DNA of 64,000 nucleotides from Paraphysomonas bandaiensis (taxonomy: Eukaryota > Protista > Chrysophyceae), in contig CBFFRP010000014.1 of NCBI GenBank assembly GCA_965644295.1, positions 9,227 to 73,226 on the forward strand, given 5' to 3'. Below the pieces are notes generated by a model. It was given only the letters and a program-made list of their open reading frames with translations. It did no database searches and had not been told where the DNA came from. A program made the translations under genes and the position numbers. Position 1 is the stretch's first letter; each line of letters begins with the position of its first letter. Positions 38,383-52,400 of the stretch are shown here, one piece after another.

Positions 38383-41300
38383 ATGAGCAGCTCACTGGAC
38401 ACACTCGATATACAGTCATACATCACAGAGGGGACAAAACCCAGTGATAGTACAATAGAAAAGGCATATAATGGAGTGCTCGAGGCGCAGTTAGTCCCTC
38501 CCAATGTCAGAGAGAATCTGGCCAGTAAAATGACACTGGATAAAAAGTGGGACACTGTTCTGGCTTATCACTCGATGATAGGTAATGCTCAGATCACCCA
38601 GCAGGCAGCATTTGGCGACAGCGATAGAGCTTTGATTAAAGCCTTGAAAACTTCCCGAAAACGACCAGATATCACTCAAATTCTTCAACTGAAGTCCCGC
38701 ATTTGTACTAGTAATAAAACCTGGATGGAGGCTTTTGTCGATGCCAACGGAATCGACATAATGATCCACGCCATGGAAGCACGGTTATCTAAGGTTCCCA
38801 TGGGCGAGTTGGATGCTGCTATTTTATTCGAGTTAATATGCAGTGTGAAAGCGATCATTAACAACGGCATGACTATGCAAAAGTTTTTAAACACGAATAA
38901 TGCTCTCCGAACACTGACTTTCTCTTTGTTGTTTGAATGGAAACCGTTAGTTCTTCAAGTACTGGAAGTATTGTCCGTGATATGCGATTACTCTAATGAT
39001 GCAGCTGCATTGATAGTGAAGTACCTCCGACACTTAGGCCGACTCCGTCGCGAGCCTCCGTTTCAACTCCTTGCCCAAGCTATAATTGATGCTGATGTGG
39101 ACGTAAAAGCAGCCGTTATGCTGCTCATTAACAACTTATTAGCAGGCACAGACAAACTCTCTGATCGTATGGTATTGAGAAATGACCTTAAGGCTTTAAG
39201 ATTCGGCAAGATATGTGAGGTAGCAGTGGATGATCTCGAGGATGAACTAGAAAGCATAGTAAATCGTGCATCTATTAGCGGTGCTGTCGACACCCCCCCA
39301 TTGGCTCATAGATCCATTCCTAGGGGTACCAGTAATGAAGAAGGGTATGATATGCGAGCAAGTGAAAGTTCAAAAACTTTTCGCAAGGAACGGATGCGGC
39401 ACAAACACCCATCAGAAACGAATTTTAAGTTCCTCTTTGAAGAGGAAATTGAACAGGTCGCTGATGATGGGGAGACCCCTATCAACCCCAATCAAGGCAT
39501 TATGGCGGGGCAGCTTAGTGCGGGAAAAAATAGGTTTAATGTCACCAAATCTTTAATGAAAGATTTTGGATCGAAAACCACTAAGACAAGGTTTTTCTAT
39601 TTGAATGGCGAGACTTTGCAGTGGTGGGCACCTGGTGAAGACTGGGCGAAAACCCCCCCTCATGGAGTGGTTGAGGCCATGGAAATACAAGAGGTGCGTC
39701 CATACAGCACTAATGAAGATCTCTATTCTATATCTCCACATACGTTTGACATTGTCACGTCAAGTCGTGTGCATTCCTTTTCTAGTCCCACAGAAGAGGC
39801 TAAGGAGTCTTGGATAATCGCACTCAATACAGTGAGAGACAAAGCCATGCTGCGTAAGTGCTCATATACTCTTCTCTCCTCCGACTTGGACTCGCATGAG
39901 TTTGAAATCAGTGCGAATATGTTTCGCAAACAGATCGCTGTGTTTGAAGCTATTGGCCTTGAAGACTATAAGAGGTCAATTACGAAGAGCGGGGTAGATG
40001 TCACTGACGTTACTGCATTAGTTCAATTCCTTCATGCTGAGCTCTCTGCCTCAGGGCTGAATGACAAGCTGATGGAACTTATGCAAGAACTCATTTTTGT
40101 TCCCTCTGATTCTGAATTCGGTGAAATATTTTGGACGAAGCTCGTGTCGATATGCCATGAGCTCAGAGCACTGGAAAAAGACAAGAAGTCTTCAGGACAA
40201 GGTCCTTCCCTCAAGAGCTACACCTTGGATACCGAGACTGTGAAAAAGATGCTGGGAAAAAAGGAGAAAACATCCTCTGGAAAAGTAGCTGTAGAAGTAA
40301 GCAAATTGACACTGGAGTTGTACACCAGAAATGCTGAAATTGAACGCCTTCAAAAGGAAGTGGAATCAATGCGCAAACATGCAGGTAGTTTCTTATATTA
40401 AACTCATCATGTAGTCTGTTTAATGGATATTCTGTTTTTTCAGTTGATGTTCCTGTGATGAGACAAAAGGCAAATACGATGAAGTTACCTGGAAGTGCAG
40501 GATTTTCTGACGAAATTGTAACCAAACCTATTCGTGCAAGAACCTCCGAGTTCACAATGGCACAAGTTTACCCCCCTTCCTCGCTGACTGGGGGAAATGA
40601 CTCTGTGCAACATGTCATGGGTTCTTCGCCCCCAAGCACTGTCTCTACATCCACGCAGTCGACGCAAACGGACATCATCAGTGAGCCAACTGTAGCCCCT
40701 CTTCACTCTCCCAAAGATACGTTGGAGCCTCAGGGAACTAAGCCGCCTCCACCCCACGCATCTGTTCCCTCTCCCTCTACAGACACCCCCGAAGATTGTG
40801 GAAACGCTATTAGTAGTGTAAAGGATAGAGCGAAGGATTCACCTCTGGCGGCAATGTTTGCAGCAAAGGCCCCTCCAGCAAGTGCTGAAAGTATTAAATC
40901 ACGTGCAGCCGCATCACCGCTTGCTGCAATGTTACAGAGTAAGCTCCCGGCGGTCCCGGAAGAAGGCAAGACGGCAAATGGAGTAAAAAAATTGTCTGTA
41001 GCTGGGGCATCTCCTCTTGCTGCCATGTTACAAGCCCGTACACCACCCGGTATGACCCCTGCAGCTGACTCTTCTAAACCAACTACTTCTACCACCGGCA
41101 CAGCTGTTGCTGTTCCCCAGTCCAGTCGACCTGTACCTGCCGCTCCTGCCCTTCCCTCCGATGCAGGAACAATTCTAGGAGCCAAAGCGTCTGGCCAAAC
41201 CGGGGGAGCGCCTCCAGTACCGAATATGGCAGCAATTATAGGAGGAAAAAAGAAATCTAATGTTCCCGAGTCGAAACATAAGCCAACTCGTAAAATGAAG

Positions 41301-42729
41301 GCGTTATTTTGGAGCAAGCTGCAAGGCAACGCTACGTCGAACAGTGCTATTTGGAGCAAAGTTGACATGAAAAAGTTAGATGATATGAGTTTAGACTACG
41401 GAGCTTTAGAGGAGGCTTTCAGTCAAAGTGATGAAAGAGCGTCTGCATCCATACGTTCGTCAATGACCTCGAAACCCACCACGATCAGCCTGTTGGATGG
41501 AAAGCGTACCCAGAATGTACTCATATCAGCTGGGCGTATTCGTAAAACTCCTGAAGCGATGGTGAGTATGGCTATTTCCCTAGATCCATCACAACTCACC
41601 CTTGAATTAACGGAAATTATGCAATCACTTGTACCAAGTGCAGAGGAGATTGCCTCCTTACGTGGGTTTGGTGGGAACGTCATGGAGCTTGGAAAAGCTG
41701 AAAAACTTTTGCTAGCATTGGGTAATGTCCCTAGACTCAAGGAACGGCTCGACTACCACCGCACTGTATTTACTTGGGATCGCACAGCGGATTCATTAAC
41801 AGCTGCAAATAGCGTGGTATCCCGCGCTTGCAAGGAGCTCGTCGCTTCAGAAGCTACGACAAAGTTATCAGTTGTACTCTCTGTTGTCCTAGCCGTTGGG
41901 AACTTTATGAATGGAGGTTCATCGCGCGTGGCTACTGCGGTAAAACTGGACAGCTTATTAAAGCTGAACAATGTCAAAGCCGCCGGGGGACATAAAGGCA
42001 CTTTATTGCATTTTGTTGTGCGTCAGCTGAAACAAAACTATCCTGAAGCGGTGAATTTTTATGAGAGCTGGACTTGCGTGAGTGCCGCTAGCGAGGTGTC
42101 GTTCAGTCAAGTGCAAAGCGATGTTAACACCCTAAAGGTTTGATAACATAGTTGTAGTTATATTATTCACGGAGTTATATATTCAGGGCGATGTGGAAAG
42201 AATTGAGGGCGAGTTGACTACTCTGCGGTCAATGTCTGATACTATTAGCACTGATATTTTGGAAACTGCAGAGGCACGCTTCGGCCCATTTGTTGATCGT
42301 GCTCATGTTCGGGTTGGACAGCTGAGCGAGGCGATAAATACAACCGCTGGATCCATCACGTCAGCTGCCAGTACATTTGGAGAGGTCATCAACCCCACGT
42401 CAGGAGGTGCTGATGGAGATACATGCCAAGCGTTTTTTCGCACACTCGCTGAAGTTGTGCATATCTTCCGCAGAGCTGTGGAGGACGTAGATCAGTGGGA
42501 CGCTGAGGAGGCAAAGCGTTTGCAGAGGAGCAATACTCGAGAGAGCTCGGTCAGCCCGGCTCCTGAGTCTTCTGAACTTAAAACTGACTCGGATTCCCAG
42601 ACAAGAAAGGACAATCACGACAACCTTTTCGGGAGGTTTAGAAACCAACAAGAGGCTTCTACAGATGACATTATCAACCAACTTAAAGCAAAGATGAAGT
42701 TAAGAAAATTAAAAGAAGAAGCTGACTAG
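38383..42729 (+). CDS. Formin: GBD/FH3, inserted PH, atypical FH1, FH2 and DAD-like tail
   Basis: In-frame introns at 40385-40443 and 42138-42186. FH2 motifs KMKALFWSKL, QNVLI, LAVGNFMNG, KLDSLLKL and TLLHFVV. PH segment KTRFFYLNG...TEEAKESWIIAL. Tail DDIINQLKAKMKLRKL. Confidence 0.92.
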
Positions 42730-43478
42730 CCGATATATATATTTATACATATCGAATAGTGTAAGAAAGTGTCTTGACATCTCGCGTCGTTTCTCAGCGA
42801 AGTAAATTAGCCGACGAAGTCTCAGATTATTATCAATGATATGCCTTGTTCACTGCTCCTTGCGATATACTTGTGTGTGTAGTGAGTAACTAAAGCAGTG
42901 ACTTAAGATACTTGCACAAACTATTTTCCTCCTAGTGGATATAACATATAAGTTTTTATTAGCTTGGCGGTGGGATCAGGTATTGGAGACAGAAGACAGA
43001 TGTAGAAATTTTATCACACAAGTACTTTTAAGTGTTTCTCCCGTTTCACACATTAAGACAATATATTGTTAAATACACAATATACACCACCTGTTACGAT
43101 TTTCAGCAAACATGAAAATTCGCATAACACTAGAGTCCATTTTGTGTTACACACTGACATAACATAACAAAACATTTACTCTTTGCTGTAATTATAAATG
43201 ATAAACATATAGTAAAATTATCACTTGTCATTCACTGTCAATCGCCAAATTCATATTATCTCAACTACCAATCTTCCTCAATAAAATCGGACTCGCATCT
43301 TTTTGTGGTATTCTGGGGGATAAGTATCAGAGAGATTCTCTCTGGGAAACTATCGTGAGCCGCAAACATAGACAGCTGATATTGTTCTGCCCACTCGTAG
43401 TCGAATGATTGTGTGGCACAAGGGATACTGAAAAAGTGTCACTTGTGTAGACATCTTTGGGCCCTGATGAATACACAT

Positions 43479-44700
43479 CAGGTTTGCGTAACAATTAATT
43501 GGTTTTCAATTCATTGGCAATAATTTCCAATTACTTGGATTGCCAATTAAATTAATTGGTTTTAAAAGTGATAATTTTATTGGTAAATCTTGCCAATTAA
43601 TTGGCTGGATAAATGATATATAGCATCTTACGATATCTAGCTACTGATGTTAGGTACACGCCCATTATATGTTAGCAGAGTAGTATGGATGTATGTGTAC
43701 AGGCACGTTATCATTTTATTAATCGTAATTAGGATTAGTATACACTTTAACCTAGGCATGCAAGAGTAAGTAATAATATATATATCATGTCAAAGATCGT
43801 TGACAAAGAACAAACTGAGCACCTCCATAACGATTCAAACTGAGCACCTCCATATAACGATTGTCTAGATACGTAGCATATATAATGTGATAGCATATTC
43901 AACTGCTTCGAAATATTCAAGTATAGTAATGTAAATGACGTTATAATATAAGTGTACCCATTAGGTACCACTACCAGAGGAAGAGAAGTATGTGTGTGTG
44001 CAAGAATACCTTAATGCAGAGGATTCGTAGTGTGTGTATAAGAAAAATGAACTAGAAGCATTGGATAGCCATACTTATCATTCTTATTTATTCAATAGGA
44101 TGTCATCGAATGAACAAATTTGATGATTTACTTCGTCAGTACCCTGGGATGAAATTTCACCTGGTGGATGCAGACGCGGAAATTGTTCAAAATGCAGATT
44201 TCGAGAGAGCAGTAGTCAAAATTCAGCGGTAGAGAGAGCAGCGGTAGGGAAGAAGAACTGAACCGCGCCGAAAAAGCACAGGTGCGACGCTTTTTGATAA
44301 ATGATGTACCTGCACACGAAGGTGAACTCGATGAAGAGAACGATGAGGAGGAGGAAGACGAGGCCATTCGTATACTTAAAGAAAAGCGCAAAAAAGCACA
44401 CATCAAATTTCCAACACGATATCGTTGCATGAAGCACTTGTACAGCACTACCAATGTTTGTGAGAGGTTGTTTAGCAGAGCTAAGGTTGTTATGACTAGA
44501 ATTTTGCAAGCGAATGACACCTAGACCCTTAAAAAGTTGAATTTTCTGCGTGAAAATGTTAATGTTTTTGGAATGAGGTTATAGTTCAGAAAATTATTCT
44601 AAAATCTATCAATAGAATTGGATGCTTGATTAATAATTGCAATTATTATTGTTGGACACCTGTCACCAATTAATTGGCAATTAATTGTTATGCAAGCATC
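43479..44700 (+). mobile_element. Internally deleted hAT element inserted into a repeat-D copy
   Basis: Ends caggtttgcgtaacaattaattg and caattaattgttatgcaag. Encodes YRCMKHLYSTTNVCERLFSRAKVVMT. Colinear with 47357-48786. The flanks are the two adjoining halves of a minus-strand repeat D. Confidence 0.8.
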
Positions 44701-45797
44701 CGGGAATGGGCCCACCTCAAGGGCATCCGGAGTATTGGGCTGCCTGCTGAAGTCACAGGGAGACGTCTATCTAGGTTGACTAGTTTCATCTAGCTACTGA
44801 GCTGGTGCTGATTCTTAACACCTATCGCTAATAATAAAACTTTCAATATAACTACCAATTTTTTTCTTAGATATATCACGATCTCATACCGTCAATATAT
44901 TTCAGTTTCACTAATACGCTTGATATCATGACCTTAGTTCTCATAATACAGTTACCCACTTCTGTATTCTTCCATTAACAGTCATAATTCATATACCTTT
45001 TAATGCTCTCAAACAGCAAAAGTATTAGCCAAACTTTGCTATTATTGATGCGGGATTATAGGGTGGTTATTACCAACCACTCAATGAGCCGAAGTGAAAA
45101 GAGAAGTTTTTGCGCTGTATACTATGAATTTCGAGTTAAACTTTACTATTCCAATGTATGAACATGCCACCCAGACGATCACGACCCTCTAAACAGTCGT
45201 CATAGCATGTTATAGACTAAGCAAGAGTGCCAACACATGGTAGCACATGCTTACTCTTGTGTACTCCCTCACAACGCACTCATAGTTTTTGTGGTGTTCT
45301 GGGGGACAAGTACCGAAGAGATTTTCTGTAAGAAAGTAATGTGACTGCTGATATGATTGTGTGATGCAAGAAACACATATATATTTCTTGTGCCAAGTCT
45401 TCGTGCCTTGATGAATAAGCAGGTATTCGAGAACATTCCCACCTTTAGGGCATCTCAGACGTTTGTGCTGCAGATAAAGTTAAGTGTCGGGATGCAACAC
45501 TCTGCCTGAGTGCTCCATGCCGAATACATTCACTACATGTTCAGTATCTCTCCGGCTATTCAACTTGTGATCATTGTCTGTGAGGTATACTGGAGGGCAG
45601 TTCGCTGAGTTGAATGTGTGTATATTGGGATAAACTCAGAGCTTACAGGCTACAGTGGCTCATGAGGTCACACTCCTTCTAACCTCTGCATGCATGTCCC
45701 CCCTGAACTACTGCTGCATTGCTACAAGTACCATGATGATGATAGCTCCACCCTTCGGAATTTAGTCAAGGAGCGTTTGGATGCAGCAGTACTGGGC

Positions 45798-45940
45798 TGT
45801 ATGTATGTATGTATGTATGTATGTATGTATGTATGTATGTATGTATGTATGTATGTATGTATGTATGTATGTATGTATGTATGTATGTATGTATGTATGT
45901 ATGTATGTATGTATGTATGTATGTATGTATGTATGTATGT
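45798..45940. repeat. (ATGT)n microsatellite, about 35 units
   Basis: Perfect tetranucleotide run. Confidence 0.99.
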
Positions 45941-46040
45941 GTGCAGGTACAGCAGTAGGTGGGGGGGGTATGATGGCAGTGGGCTTTGTTTTCATGTGTG
46001 TGTTATTCATTTGTATATTTATTCTGGTCTATCGCTTGAT

Positions 46041-46574
46041 ATGGCGACTCGGGAGACAAATACGTCGAGAAATGCCGACGCATTCAAGCGTGAGCTAATT
46101 AACTTTGGAATTGAAATCACGAAGTTTCCTCGCTCTGGGTCTCCGTATGTTCGCCTCTGTGTGTGTGACGTGAATAAGTGTCATTCTAATGTAGGGCTGC
46201 GCGAGTGATTCTGCTCAGCATGGATCCGTTACAGATATATTGGGTTGGTAAAGGAGGGAAGAGGAAATACATTGATTTAAATAACGTAACTGCTATTACT
46301 CGAGGAAGTTATGAATCTCAAACTGAGGTCATGAGTGATGTCTGTGATTTATTGTATCTAACTCTTGATGTAGTTCCAGTATCCATCTGATGTGTTTCGC
46401 AAAGGTGGAAGACCAGAAAAGGCTGATTTCTATATATCCCTCTCTGTGCAAGGTGATGATAGAGAGAGTTTGGACATGGAAATGGGCACCCTTGAGGATG
46501 TCAAAAATTTAATTGCTGTGTTAGAGGCAATTGTACCGAATTTAGCGCCACAAAAGGATATTGATGGTAAATAA
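46041..46574 (+). CDS. Small PH-domain-only protein, about 145 aa
   Basis: Exons 46041-46144, 46195-46327 and 46374-46574 splice in frame to GIEITKFPRSGSPAARVILLSMDPLQIYW...IDLNNVTAITRG...FRK...YISL...RESLDMEM, resembling a PLC/Mcp5-type PH fold. Confidence 0.75.
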
Positions 46575-47019
46575 GATTTAATTAGAGATATGGACGAGAC
46601 GTGAATGCTTTTGATGATGAATATGTGTCGAATACTTAAATAGAAGTACATGTGATGTGATGAAACAAGGGATGATTGAGCGTTGTATTGAAAATGAGTA
46701 TGATGCACGTAAAAACATTGTCTCATTATCACAATGGAGTATGCGTATAATACGAGACGTAAGCATTCAATGTATGCTAATGAAGTGTCTGTGTATTTAC
46801 GGGAGTTAAAATATATTGCGATACAATCTAGTACCCCCGCTGTACTATCGACTGGTGCAACAAGAAAATGTCGAGTTTGTATTGTACGACTGTAGGACTT
46901 TCATTGCATGCTTATCTTGATGTCTTGATAAACAATTATATACTGATTTATACAGTAAGTTAGCCTAAATACAGCAATTTGTAATGAAAACAATTTCTTG
47001 TTTACGGAGCCTTCCGGAA

Positions 47020-47301
47020 AAGGGCCAACTCATTGGCATCCGGGGTATTGGGCTGCCTGCTGAAGTCAAGCATCCGGGCTGTTCACCTTAAGGACTCAAA
47101 AATCCTGAAATTATGTCAGGTATATCAACATTCTGCTTGCTCACTGCGTTTGCTTTGAGTGATAGAGCGGAGGTGGTTGCACCTTGGTGCTTGCGGTGAC
47201 GTACAAGCAGCTTTCGTAGAGTCAAATAGTAGGATATCAGAGTTAAACTCCAGTTAGCTAAACTCTTACGCGCCTATCATTGCTAATAATCAGACATTCA
47301 C
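47020..47301 (-). repeat. Copy of dispersed repeat family D
   Basis: ggttgcaccttggtgcttgcggtg...caagcagctttcgtag and terminal gacattcac are the reverse complement of the 58272 copy. Confidence 0.8.
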
Positions 47302-47356
47302 ACTCATTTTCTGTACTCTTTTCGTATTAGTTTCACTTTTCCTGATGACTCTTGTT

Positions 47357-48786
47357 CAGGCTTGCGTAACAAGTAACAACTAATTGCTTTTAAAAGTGAT
47401 AATTTCAATTATTATTATTGATGAATGTTGCCAATTAATTGACTGGCTAAACTATATATTTATAGCATCCTAAGATGTATAGCTACTGATCATAGGTATA
47501 AACCCATTATCTGTAAGCATGGAAGTGTGGATGTATATGCACAGTCATGTTATCATTTTATTAATCATAATTGTGTGTAACAGTCAGTATGCGGGTTAGT
47601 ATACACACACTTTAACCTCAGCACGCAAGAAAGTAATATTTTGCATGTCAAAGATTGTTGGCAAAGAACAAACTTAGCACCTCCACAACTATCGTCTAGA
47701 TACATATATTAGCACATAAGGTGATTGCAGATATTCAATGGCTTCGAGATATATTATTGAAGTATTTAGTGTAAATAATGATATTATAAGTGTATCCGTT
47801 AGGTACCACAATCAGAGGAAAAGAAGTATGTGTGTGCAACAATACACTCATACCAAGAAACCGTAGTGTGTGTGTACAACAATAATAGACCAAAATGCTT
47901 ATCAATATTATTTTTTATTCAACAGGATGGCATCGTATGAACAAATTTCACGAGTATATTTTGAACTAAAAGAGGAACTACCAAATGGGGTTTGTAAAGG
48001 GCAATATGCAGAGACTGTCCAGTCGAAAAGGGCCTATTGAGGCGACTTTTCATCATCACATCGATTTTATAATATGATATGATCAAGAGGTATATAATAT
48101 TATGATACTATTCACTCATCTGCGTGAGTGTGACTTTGATGTTGATGTGTTGCGATTAATCTCAAGCGAAGTGAATCATGCCAGGATAGGAGTGCTTTTG
48201 AGTGTTTTAACATCGTCTGTAAACTTTTGAAATTAGATGGAGAAGAATAGCTTGATCTAGATGATGTCCGGGTACAATTTGAGAGTTTAGTTCGTCAGTA
48301 CCCTGGGATGAAATTCCACCTGGGTGCAGACGCCGAAATTTTCAAAATGCAGATTTCGAGAGAGCAGTAGTCAAAATTAAGCACACGTGCGAAGAATTTT
48401 GATAAATGATGTACCTGCACACGAAGGTGAACTCGATGAAGAGAACGATGAGGAGGAGGAAAACTTAAAGACAACCAAAAACGTCAATAAAGAACACATC
48501 AAACTGTCAACATGATATCGCTGCATGAAGCACTTGTATAGCACTACCAATGTTTGTGAGAGGTTGTTTAGCAGAGCTAAGGTTGTTATGACTAGATTTT
48601 GCAAGCGAATGACACCCAGACCCTTAAAATGTTGAATTTTCTGCTTGAAAATCAGCATCTTTGGGATCAGATTATAATTCTAAAACCTAGCAATATAGAA
48701 CTCAAGGCAATTAATTGGATGCTTGACTAATAATTGCAACTATTATTGTTGCACATCTGTCATCAATTAATTGTTACGCAAAAATG
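47357..48786 (+). mobile_element. Non-autonomous hAT element with 8-bp TSD
   Basis: TSD ctcttgtt at 47349-47356 and 48787-48794. Imperfect TIRs CAGGCTTGCGTAAC and GTTACGCAAAAATG. Decayed transposase C-terminus TTNVCERLFSRAKVVMTRFCKRMTPRPLK. Confidence 0.9.
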
Positions 48787-48969
48787 CTCTTGTTCACTGC
48801 TCAATAGTCGTAAATGTAAGGATTTGCGTCTGCAAAGATAAAGTATGCCTTATTAGTTTACGAAAAACTACGTAAATTAAATGTACTAGATACTAAGTAG
48901 GTGTTGTAGATGAATTTTATCTAACTTTTACTATGACTTGCTAATTCTGCTGGTCTATGAACAATGATG

Positions 48970-49184
48970 AAGTCAGCAGATGTCAGGTATATCAACATTC
49001 TGCTTGCTCAATGAGTTTGCTTTTTGAGTAAGAGTGAAAAAATGGTTGCACCTTGGTGTGTGCGGTGACACACAAGCAGCTTGCGTAGCGTAATATAGTA
49101 GGATAATAGAGTTTGTATTAGTTAAATTGTTTTGCTAAATTAGTTCTGACTCTTAAACGCCTGTTGCTAATAATAAGACATTCA
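48970..49184 (-). repeat. Copy of dispersed repeat family D
   Basis: tgtcaggtatatcaacattctgcttgctca...ggttgcaccttggtg...gacattcac. Confidence 0.8.
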
Positions 49185-49436
49185 CGGCGAATTTCTTCTG
49201 CAGATTGAGATATATTATTCTTAATTAGGTAGAAAGGACATGACACTATAAATTACGGGAACTACTGTATCGCTAACAGTATCCCTGGGGTAACCTCTTC
49301 CAGTGCTTCGTATAGCTTCGGCGAAATAGAGTAATTATTTTCTTATGTTACAGAACACATAGATGTACACCGATCTGACACTATATACAACAATACCACA
49401 TATGAAGCAATTCTATTCACCTACTCTATATCTCGT

Positions 49437-52400
49437 CTAATAATCCCCATCGTCACCAGTTATAACGGAAGATTTTAATAGTCCGAGAAATTCATCCTCC
49501 GCGATAGTATCAGATACAAATGAAGATTGGGATGTCCTAGACTTTCCCGCTGACGAGCTACGCTGTCTGCCATGTTCGCTGGAGTCACCTTTACTCCTTG
49601 CAGTTTGCTCCTCCTCCACAGTCCCGCTCTCTTTTCTTCCAAAACCAATCAACCCATAGTCGTCGTCGTCCCCCTCTTCTATATTCGGAATTAATGAGTT
49701 GAACTCTGAGCGAGTTTCATCACCGCCAGCATTCTTTTCTTCTTCGGGCTTCGCTTCTGGTATGGGCTGCCAGTCTAAATCTCCAATGCTTCTACCTCGA
49801 TACCTCTTCTTTCGTTTCTCTTTGGCGCCAAGAATGAGTTTAGTATTGGCGATCTTCTTTTCAGGGGACATCTGCATACGCCCAAGAACACTAAGAGAGT
49901 CTCGAATCAATCGCTTTTGCTCCTGGACAAGTTCGTACGCTGTAAATTCAATAAACATATCTAACATCGCCGAGCCAAGTGAATCAGAAATATGACCCCA
50001 TTCATCTTCATTTGCTTTGGTCGGGAAAAATCGCGCACCCATAGTACTATAATCCCTCTTTGCACCCGTGTTAGCTTTGATACGAGAGGCTAACGATTGG
50101 TGATCAACATCGATATCATCTTTCTCAGGAAACAGCTCAGCATTCAACTTTTCTTTGCGGAACATTCTATTGCCTAGTGAGTACTGATCAATGTCTGTTG
50201 CCAGTTTATAAACTCTACTATGCTTTTCAAACAGCTTCCCGCGACTCAGCTGAATTTCTTTCATCTTCGCATCAGTCTTCGCCGCACCGTTAAGACGCCG
50301 ACGCTCTTTATCATATTCGGCCAATTCTGCTTTCGTTAACTGATCTGGGTTAGCTTTTCTGACAATCAATCGCATTCCCGGATAGCATTCCCGTGTTTCT
50401 TTTATCCCATTCCACTTCATCAAAGTCTGCATGTCGATATCGTATAGACGAGCAATTCCTGGAAGGGTGTCCCCTTTATCCATACTGTGATACTTATCTG
50501 CTGGGGCATGTCGTTTCTCTCCCCACTTCCAATATCGTAGAGTGCTGTCTCTTGAAGCACTGATGATTCGCTCCGTATCAAATGCTAGTGTCACCACTTG
50601 GCCAGTGTGCCCACGAAGGGTTTGCAAAACAGTCCCAGTACCGATATCAGTGACACACACGTTGTTGTCCGCTCCACCGCTCACAATTCCTACACAAATA
50701 ATTAAGAGCGACATATAAGAACACGTAGATAAACTCACTCGTCGCATCAAATTGAATACAGTTCACTTTTCCCACGTGAACATTCTTGACTCGTCTGATA
50801 ATTTCCCCCGTCTCTATCCACCATATGATGAGCTGTCCAATTCTGTCACCCGACACAACCTCCAGTTTTCCGTAACGTGCACACGTTACAGGTGCACCGT
50901 GCCCCTGTAATCGAAATTTCGTGTCTACGGTGGTGGTGTGCTTTGACTTTTCACGGATCTCCCATACTCTTACCTCTTCATCTGCAGACGCCGTAACCAT
51001 CCATGTCGGGCCAAGATGGATGTCCAAGACACTTTCACTGTGGCCATGAATGACTCGAATTTCCTGTCCTGTATGTTTATTCCACAAGCGAATTGTCGCA
51101 TCGGCCCCTCCACTCATCAGCATATGGCTATACAACGCTAATGTCACGATCGTTCCATCATGGCCCCGGAGAACCATTACACGTTTGCGGGTAACGATAT
51201 CCCATACCATAATGGTTTCATCAGCCGAACCACTGTACACTCTGTTCTGGTCGTATGCCAAACACGTGACTACTGCCACATGACCTTTCTTGTCTCCAAT
51301 ACGAGACCTTTCATCACCAGCAAAAATATGAATCAACTCTCCATTGTGGTAGTCAATGAGATGAATATTACTGCTTTCAGCACACGCAAAGTTCTCTACC
51401 CCTCCGGTTGCCATTCCAGTCACTTCATCACTCGCAGCATTTGCTGGGTTAAAAGCAATTGCCCGAAACGGGCGACTATGCTTCACTTTTTGCATTAGGT
51501 TTCCTTGCTCTACCGCAATATCATCGTCACATCCAGCAATCTTATCCTCAGCATTTTTCAAGCGGGTTTTGATTGCTGCTTCAGTATCCTTTTCTCTTTT
51601 ATAATCTTCTAGCACAAGAAGACGTCTCTGATGAAGCCTCGTTTTAACTTCTTCCACATTTACCATCTGAGGCTGGTCGTGAACTAAGTGCGACATCATT
51701 TCGAAGTCATCAGTCGAAGATGCAATATCTAGTTCCTTCTGAATAGCCCCCAGAAGACTTTCAATGTTGCCAACCACCTTTAGCTGATTTTCAAGTACTT
51801 CGCCTTCTCTCTCCAGGTATTCGTGGAGTTCTTGTAATTCTGCTCTCAAAGTCAGGGTCTTTGGAGTTATTCTTTCCATTTGAACCTCCAACTCAAAAGC
51901 AGCCGCATTCAGGCGAAGCCTCACAGTCATATCATTAAGCTTGTCAGAAATTTTCGCAAGTTTATCTTTCAATTCGTTCTCTATTGATGATATCCTGGCA
52001 TCGTAGATTTTCACCAAATCATCCTTGCCCAGCCTCTTATAACATTCCCTCATAGCAACTAGGCATCCACAATGCTTGGGAATATTTCCCAATAACTCGA
52101 ATCTACTTTGTGCAATTTCAAGGTATCGAATAGCTTCAAGATAATCAAATCTCCCCAAATATCCGCTTCCTAAACCAAAATAAGCCTCGGCAGTTTCCAC
52201 TTTATCGCCGATCTCGTTCGCTAAACTCATCTGTCGATCGAAGTCTACAATAGCCCGATCCCAGCGTTCTTGGCGAAGATACAGTTTACCAAGCCGCCCG
52301 TGACATATAGCTAAGTACTTGATGTTTACAGGAGGTCGCGAGCGAATAGTTATGATTTGGGCGTCATAACAGTTCTCAGCCTCAGCATATTTGTTCTCCA

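Noticed and set aside
45690-46208. ORFs with MYVC/HTYI repeats
   Set aside because: Translation artefacts of the (ATGT)n microsatellite.
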